A DNA stretch of 63,041 bases, filler included, from Octopus bimaculoides (Eukaryota), in NCBI RefSeq assembly GCF_001194135.2. It is 4 parts of 4 records of this genome, joined end to end, with 100 filler letters (N's around TTAATTAATTAA, not from the genome) between each part and the next. Parts side by side here need not be neighbours in the genome. Positions count along the whole stretch, not along the records: positions 1 to 25,692 come from NC_069004.1; positions 25,793 to 53,120 come from NC_068983.1; 2 more parts are not named here. One strand, 5' to 3'. Shown here piece after piece: positions 13,895 to 26,141 of this stretch; the first letter of the stretch is position 1, and each line of letters opens with the position of its first letter. The notes beneath the pieces were generated by a model. That model searched no databases. It was not told where the DNA came from and was given only the letters and a program-made list of their open reading frames with translations. The position numbers and the translations under genes were made by a program.

Positions 13895-14102
13895 NNNNNN
13901 NNNNNNNNNNNNNNNNNNNNNNNNNNNNNNNNNNNNNNNNNNNNNNNNNNNNNNNNNNNNTATATATACGACAGGCTTCTTTCAGTTACAAGGCTTTGGT
14001 CGGCCCGAGGCTATAGTAGAAGACACTTGCCCAAGGTACCACGCAGTGGAACTGAACCCGGTGCCATATGGTTGGTAACCAAGCTTCTTACCACACAGCC
14101 AC
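13630..14102 (-). mobile_element. tRNA-derived SINE
   Basis: Same family as 770-1180; head reads gagtggctgtgtggtaagaagcttggttaccaaccatatggcaccgggttcagttcc on the minus strand. Confidence 0.85.
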
Positions 14103-14139
14103 TCTAAGTATCCGGCATTGCTCGGAAGTTTGAAGGATG

Positions 14140-14300
14140 TTAACCCTTTCGATACCAACCCGGCTGAAACCACATCTGGCTCTGTAGTCACAATTTATGT
14201 CCGTAACATCAAGCCTTAGTCACAATTTATGTCCCTAACATCAGCTTTATGATAACTAAGTTAGTTTACTAAATACGTTGTTATATTTAAAATTAAATGT
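14140..14300 (+). mobile_element. Interspersed repeat fragment beginning TTAA-CCC (possible piggyBac/Kolobok-type MITE)
   Basis: ttaaccctttcgataccaacccggctgaaacc…, with an internal duplication of tagtcacaatttatgtcc. Class inferred only from the TTAA|CCC terminus. Confidence 0.35.
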
Positions 14301-15204
14301 TTTCACTGAAGCATTCCTGGTACTTCTCTCACAACTGGCGAGGGCTAGAGATGGCACAAGATTGAAGCATAATGGCGAAGAGATTTAACAACTGAAATGC
14401 AGAACATGAAACAACTGCCTTAACTAGAGTCGCATTCCAGTGACTGTCATCTTCAAGGGGTCCATGGAAATGGCAAGCCTGTCTGTAAGAGTCACAGGCA
14501 TGACTATTAGTAGTTCATTTTCAGTTTTAAACAACAGGATGGGGTGGCGAGGGTTGCGTGGATCAATTTTGGAGTTCTTCATAGGCAATTTGAATTTGAA
14601 GTATTTTGAGTGTTCGTACAGGAATTATAGAGTTTGTAAAGTTCACATAGAAAGAAAGAGGGAAAAGGAAATACAGTATTGAGGCAGTTTGAATATGCAA
14701 TCTCTTGAAATTAATGTACTGTTGAATGTAAATCACTCAACTGAATATTGTTTCCTAAATGAGGACTTGCACGTAGCTGGCGGGTAAAAGTGTAAGGTAA
14801 TTAGACGTGGGAGTCACCAATTGTAGCGGCGGCGTTAGTTACCTGAATGTGACGGGTGTGATGTTGTATAAGGACTAAACCTCTTGTTTCATTATTACAA
14901 TTAAAAATTGTTTATCTTTACTTATTTTCAATTTCGAATCTGAGGTAGGACCGATTTCCTAGTAGAAATAGTCACATCGGATTTAAATACAAAATATCGA
15001 GTGTATTTTAGGTAATCGTATCAAGCCTATTCCACGAACAATCATTTGGATAAATCATGTCGATATCTCTAACTTATGTCACGGAAATATTTAACTTTAA
15101 CATTTATAAAAAATTAAAAAAAGCGTTTCAGAATCGTTTACCTTTAAAGCGAAAAAACAAAACCGACGTAATCTCCAAACAGGAAGGAAAGTGAAACAAT
15201 ATTA

Positions 15205-15318
15205 TAGTGTTATGAAAAGGGAAACTGTAGTGTTATGAAAAGGGAAACTGTAGTGTTATGAAAAGGGAAACTGTAGTGTTATGAAAAGGGAAACTGTAGT
15301 GTTATGAAAAGGGAAACT
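15205..15318. repeat. 23-bp minisatellite x5 (TAGTGTTATGAAAAGGGAAACTG)
   Basis: Near-perfect tandem copies starting at 15205, 15228, 15251, 15274 and 15297; no spacers. Confidence 0.97.
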
Positions 15319-15503
15319 ATTATACCGCTGCAAAAAAAAAATCGAAACAGTCGTATGGTGGGAGATACAGACCCCTACATGGGCAAGGGGCAAACTTTGA
15401 CCGCCCTTCCCCAGAGCCTTCCACGAGTAATGAAAAACCTTCATGCCAAATTTGGTACAGATTAATCCAGCGGTTTGGTCATGGATGGAGGAAACACACA
15501 CAC
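15205..15503 (+). mobile_element. Non-autonomous Helitron-like element (Lep1/DINE-type)
   Basis: Internal tandem repeat followed by catgccaaatttggtacagattaatccagcggtttggtcatg…gaaacacacaca, which resembles the Lep1/HINE 3' region (CATGCAAAATTT…GATCCGTTCAGCCGTT…ACACAC). The 3' end runs into a gap. Confidence 0.5.
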
Positions 15504-15634
15504 ANNNNNNNNNNNNNNNNNNNNNNNNNNAAATCCAACAGTCTTTAGAAATGGTCATTCCAAGATTATATACAGTGTAATTTAATCAAGGGTTTTATTT
15601 AAAGTTTCTTTAATTATTGCGATTCTGTGTGTGT

Positions 15635-15704
<70 letters not shown>

Positions 15705-15886
15705 ACTTGCGTCTAAGGGAGCCTGTCTCTGTTATATATGCACACACACACATATACATATATATGAATATATGTATATATAGAAGGTTGGAAAGGAACA
15801 CACGAGTTGAAATATATAAGGAAAAATAAGACAAGGTAGAAAATGCTATATTAATTTTATCATTTTCTACCTTGTCTTATTTTCCT

Positions 15887-15919
<33 letters not shown>

Positions 15920-16502
15920 ATTATATATATATCTATATCTATATATATATATATATATATCCGGATGCTTGTATGCGTTTGCCGTCGTTTTCCATATACT
16001 AAATTCATTCATTGGCCGGCTCCGAGGTCATAGCAGAAAATACATGCCAAAGGCACTGAACTCATGTCTGCGTGGTAGCAGAAAAAAACTTCATAACCAC
16101 ACAGCCATGCCTGAAAACAAATTCAGATAATCATATTCTTTAACAGTAATGGTTTTCTCAATGTATAGTTAAGTCTAGGTAAGTTTTTAAAGCTGTCAGC
16201 ATTGTGTATGTTAACACCAATTTTACTAAAATTTTTCGAACGATTCGTGTATATAATTAAGCTAATGCCAGTGTTGTGGAAACCATTAAAAAAAAAAATT
16301 CCTGAAGCATCGTATTGCATTTATAAGCATATGCAACTAGTCATAGATTCCCTTCTTAAAGATAGCTAATTAGTATTTAGTAAAAGTTCTATTTTCTTAA
16401 TTAGGTAAAATTTTGATGAAATGGAAATTATATATAATACAGGTATAAGAAACATGGAGAATAAGCGTTGTGTCTATGAATATGCACATACGTAATGTGT
16501 GA

Positions 16503-16571
<69 letters not shown>

Positions 16572-17250
16572 TGTACATATATATATATGCATATAAATAT
16601 ATATATGTATGCACACACACACACACAGATATATATTCACACATATATGTATATGTGTGTGAGTGTGAATATATAACAGAGACAGGCTCACTTAGACACA
16701 AGTACACACACACACACACACGGCCGCACACACACAGAGATAAACATACACACGCATACACACGGAGGATAGCAAGTACATACACACGAAAAGGTACATG
16801 TGCATATGTCTTTGTATGTAATTAAAGAAACAGAACTTAATACATAGTTCGTTAGCTGCAAATTAAAATTTTTTTTTTCTTGCTGCAGATGTATAATTAT
16901 GACTTATTTGAAAAAGTGCATTCTTACACACATACACAAGCACACGAACTCACTCACACACGCAAACACACACACCACACCACACAAGCGCGCGCACACA
17001 CACACATATATATATAAATACGCATTCATATATGTTTATATAATACATATATAGATAGGCAGAGACATCCAAATAAATATTTAAACAGTTATATATAACT
17101 GTATATATGTACATGCATATTATATATATATGTATATATATATATATGCATATATATATTTATCTATATACATATACATTCACATATATAGATTGATAGA
17201 CATTGATGTATATATAGGGATATATATATCTATATAGATATATATATAAT

Positions 17251-17283
<33 letters not shown>

Positions 17284-17824
17284 CAGATAGACAGACAGNN
17301 NNNNNNNNAGTCGTGCATGACATAATTGGAATTTTGCAAAAGAACGAACTTTCTGTATCCAATGAGGTACTTAAGTTACGTTCTTTAGGCATAGGTACCT
17401 GCACGCACACTCATATATGCATACATACAATCACACACACATACACGCATACATTTATGTATGTGTTTGTGTGAATATGAACGTACCAACGTATGTATAC
17501 GTATGCATATCTGTCTATACATAAGTATCTGCGTACATATACATATGCACATAGACACATACACATATATATATATATATATATATACATATAAATACAT
17601 GTAGTCTTATATAAATGTTTGTGTGTGTACACATATGTATATATTTAATCATAATATATGTATATATGTAGGTATATTCTCGTTTATTTTTAATTATGCG
17701 AAATAGAAGGGAACGTACATGCATATTTTATAATTATACATTATGTATGTCTTATGTTTGTGTATATATATATATTTGTATATTGATATTTTTATATATA
17801 CATGTATATATAAATGTGTCTGTG

Positions 17825-17858
<34 letters not shown>

Positions 17859-18182
17859 ATGTTGGTTTGAGCATTGCAGTTTCTATCTGTAAGTGAGATA
17901 AATGTAAGAAAAATCTTTGAGCATTATTGGTAAGGTGTTAATGAAGACATGTAAGTTCATGTAAATGTATTAATGCAAGAATAAAGATGTCATTATCTTA
18001 AATATCTGCCTACATACAATCATGAATATGTTTTTTTCATTATATCATATATTAACGCTTGTATGTAACTGAAATTTAGTCTATTTTATATTCCTTTCTC
18101 TATTAAAAAAAAATGTGTTTTATCGTATAACATGAATGTATGCTACAATGCAAAACTAATATATACATATATTAATATAAAG

Positions 18183-18300
18183 GTAGGCTGTGTGGTAAGA
18201 AGCTTGCTTATCAACCACATGGTTCCGAGTTCAGTCCCACTGTGTTGCACCTTGCAACATTCATATGGAGCATACAGCTTTTAGGGACAAAACACTTGTG
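18183..18300 (+). mobile_element. tRNA-derived SINE 5' fragment
   Basis: ggctgtgtggtaagaagcttgct…ggttccgagttcagtcccactgtgttgcacc. Confidence 0.7.
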
Positions 18301-19168
18301 GCCCTGAGATACCCGCTGACGATGCGGAATGGTTTCCAGTATTGTTATGGATTTAAAAGAGCTTGCAAAACCCCTGAGTGGCCCCTGCAGTTTCTTAGTA
18401 GGGAAAAGCATCTTTCATTTTTATTTCATCCATAATGTGGACATTATTATTATTAGAACGCTTTTGGTACCTTTTAAATTACAAAACTATTGTCATTAAT
18501 TTTTTTCTTACTAAAAAAGTCCTGATGATTCGCAAATTGTGATTACGTGGAACTTGTATATCTAGAATCAGAACAAAATTGAAAGTAAAATTGTTTAACA
18601 CTGATATTCGAAGTTTGATAATTCGATTTAAAGATCAAGTTAGAAGGACAAAATTTGGTTTTGGAGTTTGAGTTTTTTGATACCCATTTCACAGCTTTTC
18701 TTGCGTTACTATTCAAATTTCAAAGTTTTCGGCATTTTAAAGATACTTTATCATTGTCAAAATTTTATTGTTATTACATAATGCACCATGTCCTTCAGCA
18801 ATGTCAAGTTCAAGTGGAGAAATAAAAAAAAAATGTTGCTAATAATGTGGTGAAAACTTCTCTTATGGTTTTACTGAACGCCATCTCAAAAAATAAATAA
18901 GTAAATAAATAAAAATAGAGAAAAATAGCAGTTTTCGAAAAAAAAAAACCTTCCAGTTATCTTAAGTCACGTCGATCATTTAAAAACAAAACAAGCGGAT
19001 AAACCATTGTTCTAAAAACCTGAAAATTAATTTTGAGCTGCAACTTAACTTGTAAATTGTGTAAAAGTATGAAAAAAGAACATTAAACCAAAAATTATAT
19101 GAAGGTCACTTTGCGCCATATGAGGTTGAGGTTGTAAAATATCCATTCAAAAATGGCTGAAGACTTAC

Positions 19169-19191
19169 AATTACCGAGAAACTAATGAAAA
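19169..19191 (-). CDS. Candidate 23-nt microexon
   Basis: tttatctttcag|TTTTCATTAGTTTCTCGGTAATT|gtaagt. Only one frame is open (xFISFSVI). Confidence 0.2.
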
Positions 19192-19273
19192 CTGAAAGAT
19201 AAACTATTAAATCTCCTCTCCTTTAACCACACAGTTTGGCACAATCAACTCCATAGTAAATCAACTCCATAGT

Positions 19274-19518
19274 AAAATAATAAATAAATGCGCCCTTTTA
19301 AAGCCTAGCCGGGCTCATGGGCCCGCTTTCCCGGTTTCATTATCATATGGACGCCAGTCCATCGAAGCGTTACTCATTTTTGCCAGCTGAGTGGACTGGA
19401 GCAACGTGAAATGAAGAGTTTTGCTCAAGAACACAACGCGTCCCCCGGTCCTGGAATCGAAACCACAACCTTACGATCATGATGCTGATACCCTAACCAC
19501 TAAGCCACACGCCTCCAC
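19274..19518 (-). mobile_element. tRNA-derived SINE with target-site duplication
   Basis: Minus-strand head gtggaggcgtgtggcttagtggttaggg…ggtttcgattcc. The 12-bp direct repeat CAACTCCATAGT flanks it at 19262-19273 and 19519-19530. Confidence 0.8.
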
Positions 19519-20333
19519 CAACTCCATAGTGGGAAAACATAAAGGACTAGACAGCCACGGTTGGAATACTCTTCTAATTCCGCTGGAATCAACTTTGCCT
19601 TTCCTCCTTTCAAGGTTTATAATTCAAAGTACCAGTTGAGCACTGGGGTCAGTGTAATCGACTTGCCCCTCCCCACAAATTTCAGATACCTGTACCTATA
19701 ATAGAAACACTTATTATGTTACAAGCAAAGTAGCTAATTAGAAATCTTCTCTATAAAAGAGAAAAGTCGTAAGTATTCTGAGAAGTAATGTCTGTCGCCA
19801 CATCAATATGGCTGTTCTGTAAGAACCGACGATACTACGTTTTTAACCTCAGAAGGAGACTCCTCCAGCTGGTTATCGATTCAGTCTGCACCCGATATAT
19901 ATTGAAAGGAGGGGAGCGAACCTCTACTATCGCTCAGTTTCATTTTTTATGTTCAAGTCTATTTATCATAAAGTTATATTCTTTAAGATACGTAATGGTT
20001 ATGGGCTTAGCATTGCCCATAACCGTTCATGTTTCTCCCATTTTCCATTATTTTGATCTGCATCGTAATTAGGAAGAAAACAAGATTTATTTTGTATTGA
20101 CATTTACTTTTTGGGAAGTGTTTATCTTTACAGAAAGTTTTACTTGGTTATGATAAGGAATATATGCTATCATTTCAGTAAAATCACTTTTTTTTCACGA
20201 TTCTCTTATAATATTCTACTTTTTCATTGAACACATTATATTTTTCCAAAAATTTAGATATTCTAGATGGATTGCTCACAAATAAGATATTCTAGGTGAA
20301 ATATTTACTTTTTGTATTATTACTGTCTCCATC

Positions 20334-20712
20334 GTGGAGGCGCAATGGCCCAGTGGTTAGGGCAGCGGACTCGCGGTCATAGGATCGCGGCTTCGATTCC
20401 CAGACCGGGCGTTGTGAGTGTTTATTGAGCGAAAACACCTAAAGCACCACGAGGCTCCGGCAGGGGATGGTGGCGAACCCTGCTGTACTCTTTCATCACA
20501 ACTTTCCCTCACTCTTACTTCCTATTTCTGTTATGCCTGTAATTCAAAGGGTGAGCCTTGTCACACTGTGTCACGCTGAATCTTCCTAAAAACTACGTTA
20601 AGGGTACACGTGTCTGTGTAGTGCTCAACCACTTGCACGTTAATCTCACGAGCAGGCTGTTCCGTTGATTGGATCAACTGCAACCTTCGATGTCGTAAGC
20701 GACGGAGTTCCT
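20334..20712 (+). mobile_element. Near full-length tRNA-derived SINE
   Basis: A box TGGCCCAGTGG (20346-20356) and B-box-like GCTTCGATTCC (20390-20400). The body is shared with 27832-28140, 22563-22875, 24980-25215 and 46560-46860. Confidence 0.9.
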
Positions 20713-21085
20713 GCATCATAAGGCTGGTCTCCTCGATCTTGTGATATATATATTCCAGCCCAGCCCAGGATGGGATCTCAGTCCGTCGCAGGATTCTTCA
20801 TTTTTGGCAGAGGAGTGGACTCGAGTAATGTGAAATGAAGTGTTTTGCTCAAGAACATAATACCCTGCCCATTTTAGATGTATACATATACATAGATACA
20901 TATGCAAGCACTTATATATGTGTGTGCGTGTGTCTGTGTATGCATATATGAATATATGAATATAAAAGCATATGTATACGTAAATATTTATTATATACAC
21001 TCAAACAAGTATTTATGTACAAGTGTGTGCGTATAGATATATACATACATATATCTATATATAATATACATGCATGTATGCACAT

Positions 21086-21156
<71 letters not shown>

Positions 21157-21169
21157 GAGCGAGAGGGAT

Positions 21170-21208
<39 letters not shown>

Positions 21209-21391
21209 GACAGACATAAACAGACGTATGTATGAAAATATATTTGTATATGCGCATACATGTACAGACATACGTACATATACATACGTACATATATATG
21301 CACACATATATATGTATACATATACATATATATATACAAATATATATGTACATATATATATATTTATATATCCATACATCTATATATACAG

Positions 21392-21438
<47 letters not shown>

Positions 21439-21583
21439 CACACACACATATACATCCATGTATGTATATGTATATACGTATACACATATATTTATACATT
21501 TACATATACGGATGCGTATGCGTTTGAGAGTCTGATTTCTGTTTCATTTCATTGTCAAGGATTATTATATTAATACATATAAT

Positions 21584-21618
<35 letters not shown>

Positions 21619-22083
21619 TTTCTAAAATAGTTGGCCTTCAATTTTCAGAGCGGTATATAATTTAGTAATGTTTATAATTGCTTTGTGGAAACAAATAAAC
21701 ATAAAATAGCCCAGAAGTGGACATTAATTTGAACTCAAATATGAAGTTCTCTAGACAGTAACATAAAATAAAGAAAACAACAGCACTTGCAACAATAACA
21801 ACAACGACGACGAAGTGGAGTACGATGATAATGATGATGGTTATGATGATGGTTATGATGATGATGGTTGTTTAAAGTTCCTTGCTTACTCTGCCATCCA
21901 GAACATTTCCGAATAAAAGATGTAAATGTGGGTAAAAAAATAAATTAATGTAGATATTTATAATCTTGCAAACTCGACTGTTGACGTGAAAGGCCATATA
22001 CACCGCGTACATACATACATACCTACATACATACATACATACATACATACATACCTGCATACATGCATACATACATACATACA

Positions 22084-22114
<31 letters not shown>

Positions 22115-22159
22115 GTACGTACAGAGAGAGAGAGAGAGGCACACATATGCGTATATATT

Positions 22160-22396
22160 CTTTTATTCTTTTACTTGTTTCAGTCATTAACTGCAGCCAT
22201 GCTGGAGCACCGCCTTTAGTCAAGCAAATCGGCCCCAGTACTTATTCTTTGTAAGCCTAGTACTTATCCTATCGGTTCTTTATCCGAACCACTAAGTTAC
22301 GGGGACGTAAACACACCAGCAACGGTGGGGAGACAAACACGGACGCACAAACACATATATATACACGACGGGCTTCTTTCAGTTTCCATCTACACA

Positions 22397-22400
<4 letters not shown>
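22160..22400 (-). mobile_element. tRNA-derived SINE, 3' portion
   Basis: ttttacttgtttcagtcatt…gctggagcaccgcc…gacgggcttctttcagtttcc. Confidence 0.8.
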
Positions 22401-22456
<56 letters not shown>

Positions 22457-22562
22457 TACATACAGACATCCATGTGTTGTATACTACATATACTTCAAGC
22501 CAAAACCGGTTGCCAAGTCTACTAGAAATAGTTTGTCTTACATTTTCTGCTATTAAAATTCG

Positions 22563-22875
22563 TGAAGGCACGTGGCTTCGTGATTAGGGTATTTGGTTCA
22601 CGATTGTGAGTTCAATTCTCGACGACGTGCTATTTCCTTGGGCAAAACGCTTTATTTCATGTTACCCCAGTTCACTCAGCTGGCAACAATGTGTCGCACC
22701 CGTCAAGGACCAGCCTTGACGTATTCTGTGTCACGCCGAATCTTCCTGAGAACTACGTTAAGGGTACATGAGTTTCTGGAGTACACAACGCCTTTCACGT
22801 TAATTTCACGAGCATGTTGTTTCGTTGATCAGATCAACTGGAACCCTCATCGTCGTAAGCGACGGAGGGCCAGTG
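22563..22875 (+). mobile_element. tRNA-derived SINE
   Basis: gtgaaggcacgtggct…gagttcaattctcgacgacg…gggcaaaacgctttatttc…cgtcgtaagcgacgg. Confidence 0.8.
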
Positions 22876-23269
22876 CTGTAAAAATTCACTAACGTTTAAT
22901 GGAAGTTCTTCTGGTTTCTTCTTGCATTTGGATTGTTTCCAGAGTTAAATCCTGGCTGAGCAAGGGCATAAATTGCTTTTTGTAAATCAAAAATATAAGC
23001 TGACAGTGGCTTAACACTTTAATCTCTGGCTGACAATAGAATATCAGGTTTACCCTGCAGTAAATCATCTATGAAATTCTGTTCAGACTATTCCATTGCT
23101 ACGGACAACAACGAGATATATTGAACAGACATCTGAACAACTGCATTGACTTCATTTGTAAATTTCTACAGCTTCAATTCAATACTACTTTTGTTTCTTT
23201 TACATTATCTAGGAGAAACAAGTAAAATCTATAACCAAATGACCAGACTAACTTGAATTACTTCATGAC

Positions 23270-23317
<48 letters not shown>

Positions 23318-23589
23318 TCTTCCTACCATTGGCACAAGGCCTGAAATTTTCAGGGGAGCAGGGTCAGTCGATTACATCGACTCCAATGCTTGACTGGTAC
23401 TTATTTTTTCAACCATCAGTCTTGTATCCTCGTCGTATCTTGATCTAAAAGAATCCCTTAGTTTAATGTTTTATGATTTGTCACTACGTTCAAAGCGGTT
23501 GGTTGAATGATGACTTATACCATTGTTTTGAAATGTTGTCAATACTATAAGGATCTACGTTGTGAGTCTGAGATCATTGAAGAAAACAC

Positions 23590-23880
23590 TGTCTGACGAA
23601 GTAAAAGATTCAAAATGTAGGCATAATAGAATAACGTTAAAAATATCTTTATATCTTGAACCAAGCATAAATCTAATGAAGAAGTGCTACAGTTAACAAA
23701 TACAAAATGCTCGTTACTCTCAGTTGTTAAAAAAGGAGTTTAAATACTTTAGTCACGCATTAAAAGCATTAGGTAAAGAATCTTTCCTTCTAGAATGAAA
23801 GATTCATGTTAAATGCTCCACAGGAAGACCTAGAACAAATCGGTTTGATAAAATCAATGCCTGGATTTAGGTAATGACTG
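23590..23880 (+). mobile_element. RTE-clade LINE 3' fragment
   Basis: SNEEVLQLTNTKCSLLSVVK…KYFSHAL…LLE*KIHVKCSTGRPRT…KINAW. Confidence 0.7.
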
Positions 23881-23894
23881 ATAGAATGCTTTCG

Positions 23895-24295
23895 CAAGTA
23901 TCAGTGGCCAAAATGGGATCCCTCGGAAGGGTCTTCAGAGTAACGTTACTTCGTAAAGTGTGTAACTCGGAAAACAGAAAAGCGTTCCAAGTAGAGCCGC
24001 AACTTGTCTGTATTGAGAGATCACAGTTCCGACTCTACGGACATGTGGTAAGAATTTACAGGGAAGAAACGCCGGAGAGGTCTTGCGGACTAAGCAAACT
24101 GGCAGGAGAGACAGAGGTAGACCATGGGCAATTTGATTAGATAACATCCTTGACTGCACATGGTCTTACTTGGAGATCCAATTAGATCAATTAGAGACGG
24201 TTTCTTCTGACATGATCCGATGGAAAGCATGCTGGATGATTCATCCCCACAGGAATAAGTGGACGAAGAAGATGAGATGAGATGAGATTGGCTAA
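23895..24295 (+). mobile_element. RTE-clade LINE 3' fragment (second family)
   Basis: LGRVFRVTLLRKVCNSENRKAFQVEPQLVCIERSQFRLYGHVVRI…RDRGRPW, ending in (GATGA)n. Confidence 0.8.
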
Positions 24296-24979
24296 ACAAT
24301 ATGCAGAACATGTAAGAATGGCATAGAAACGATCCGAATAGAGTTCTTTTGTATTCAACTAGCTGAGAGCAGATGACACCTAATAAATGAATGTTGATCT
24401 ACATAGGAATCACTTGGCCTGAAAGAAGTAGGCCTTGTTGAAGTTTGTTGACCGGAAAATCACTTTTGGCCTTGTTGAATGCTTTCTTCCCTTTTTTTCC
24501 TATCTCTCAAATCCTGATTTATGACGCGAGAGTTTCAAAACCAGAACCTAAGCAAATAAATGACAAAGAGAAATTTCTTTGATAACTATTATAATTTTAA
24601 TGTACATGGTATTTTTCTGATTCACTGATCACGGGAAGTTATTTCTATTCATGTGCATTTTATTACGAATATCTTTTCGATAATAATTACACAATATTGT
24701 CATAGTCAGTAACAGATTTATAATAATAATAACACAACTCAGTGAATCCATTCATATGTTTTATTATTTGCATTAATATAACCATTGCAATAATACGAAA
24801 CACACTGCAAGTATAGAGTCGTTTTCCTTGACATGTATATTAACAATTCACACATGAACGATTTGTGTCTTCTTATTACTATATATATAGTATTAATACA
24901 ATTATTATAACAAAGAACTTACTGAATGCGGAAGGCTGCTTTCATTGGTATGTGCTTTAGACAAAATATATCCACACTG

Positions 24980-25620
24980 TGAAGACGCGTGGCTTAATGG
25001 TTAGGGCATTCGGCTCACGATCGTGAGTTCAATTCCCAGCGACGCGTTGTTTCCTTCAGCAAGACACTTTATTTCTCGTTGCTCCAATCCACTCAGCTGG
25101 CAAAAATGATTAGTGCCTGTATTTCAAAGGGCCGGCCTTGTCAGACTCTGTGTCACGCTGAATCTCCCTGAGAACTACGTCAAGGGCACACACGTCTGTG
25201 GAATGCTCAGCCACTGGCAGAATCGTTAGCACGCCGGACGAAATGCTTAGCGGTATTTCGTCTGTCTTTATGTTCTGAGTTCAAATTCTACCGAGGTCGA
25301 CTTTGCCTTTCATCTTTTCGGGGTCGATAAATTAAGTAGCAGTTGCGTACTGCGATTGATCTAATCGACAGGTACCCCTCCCCCCAAACTTTGGGCCCTG
25401 TACCTAGAGTAGAAAAGAATCGTTAGAAAGCCGGGCAAAATTCTCAGCAGCATTTTGTACGTCTTTGTGTTCCGAGTTCTAATTCTGCCGACGTCGACTT
25501 TTGCATTTTATCTTTTCGGAGTCGATGAAATAAGAACTAGTTGTGCACTGGGGTAGATGAAATAGACTTACCCACAACACCAAATTTTGCTGGCCTTGTG
25601 CCAAATTTTGAAACTAATTA
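24980..25620 (+). mobile_element. Three adjacent SINE copies (one CORE/V-like, two with a Meta-like domain)
   Basis: 24980-25215 ends at actggcagaatcgttagc. 25215-25420 and 25420-25620 carry gagttcaaatt…gtcgactttgcctttcatc…ggggtcgataaattaagta. Confidence 0.8.
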
Positions 25621-25858
25621 GAAGTTCAATAACTGGTACGAAACCGTCACTAACATTCTGACCACTTGTATGCTACAAGCAAGTATATATATNNNNNNNN
25701 NNNNNNNNNNNNNNNNNNNNNNNNNNNNNNNNNNNNTTAATTAATTAANNNNNNNNNNNNNNNNNNNNNNNNNNNNNNNNNNNNNNNNNNNNATATATAT
25801 ATATATATATATATAAATAAAGTAGTTGTTTGCTGCAAACTTAACGTGACACGTGCTA

Positions 25859-25903
25859 ATTCACGCTGATGAGGAACAAAGACTCAGAAACATGTCCCTG
25901 AAT
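25859..25903 (+). ncRNA. Minimal type I hammerhead-like motif (canonical core, weak helix II)
   Basis: AUUCACG-CUGAUGA-[GGAACAAAGACUCA]-GAA-ACAUGU-C-CCUGAAU. Helix I pairs 6/7, helix III is the palindrome ACAUGU, triplet GUC. Confidence 0.6.
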
Positions 25904-26141
25904 GCAGGCTAGGGTGGGTGGAGGAGTTTGTCTCCCCCTCGCAAAGATAAGGACACGGGAAATGTGTCAAGGCCAACAGGAAGCTGTGCAGCTTGCTAGG
26001 GCTAAATAGCAGTAGTATGTTCCCTTATTGGGACTGTCACGTTAAGTTGGCAGTATACAACTACTTTATCGCATCACTACTGCTTAAGTCTCTCTGAGAG
26101 ATTTAGAAATGTATTAGTTATAATATATATATATATATATA

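Noticed and set aside
14300-14690. GC-richer block with minus-strand open stretch KLPMKNSKIDPRNPRHPILLF…
   Set aside because: Probably an old LINE 3' remnant, but no motif could be assigned with confidence and no splice sites support an exon.
15205-15318. Regular 23-bp repeats as a CRISPR array
   Set aside because: No spacers, no cas genes, eukaryotic context; an ordinary minisatellite.
16147-16178. 32-nt segment with good acceptor and AG|GTAAGT donor
   Set aside because: Stop codons in all three frames; at most a non-coding exon.
16870-16920. Strong acceptor ttttttttttcttgctgcag
   Set aside because: No credible donor before it runs into microsatellite.
20334-20410. tRNA-like heads with A and B boxes (many copies)
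   Set aside because: These are SINE 5' ends without a complete cloverleaf; not tRNA genes.
20716-22254. Numerous YI/CV/HT-repeat ORFs here and throughout the track, including those spanning N runs
   Set aside because: Translations of TA/CA/TACA microsatellites and gaps.
25737-25748. TTAATTAATTAA island inside an N gap (also 53165-53176 and 60776-60787)
   Set aside because: An identical 12-mer with stops in all six frames, flanked by Ns three times: an assembly/scaffolding linker, not biology.
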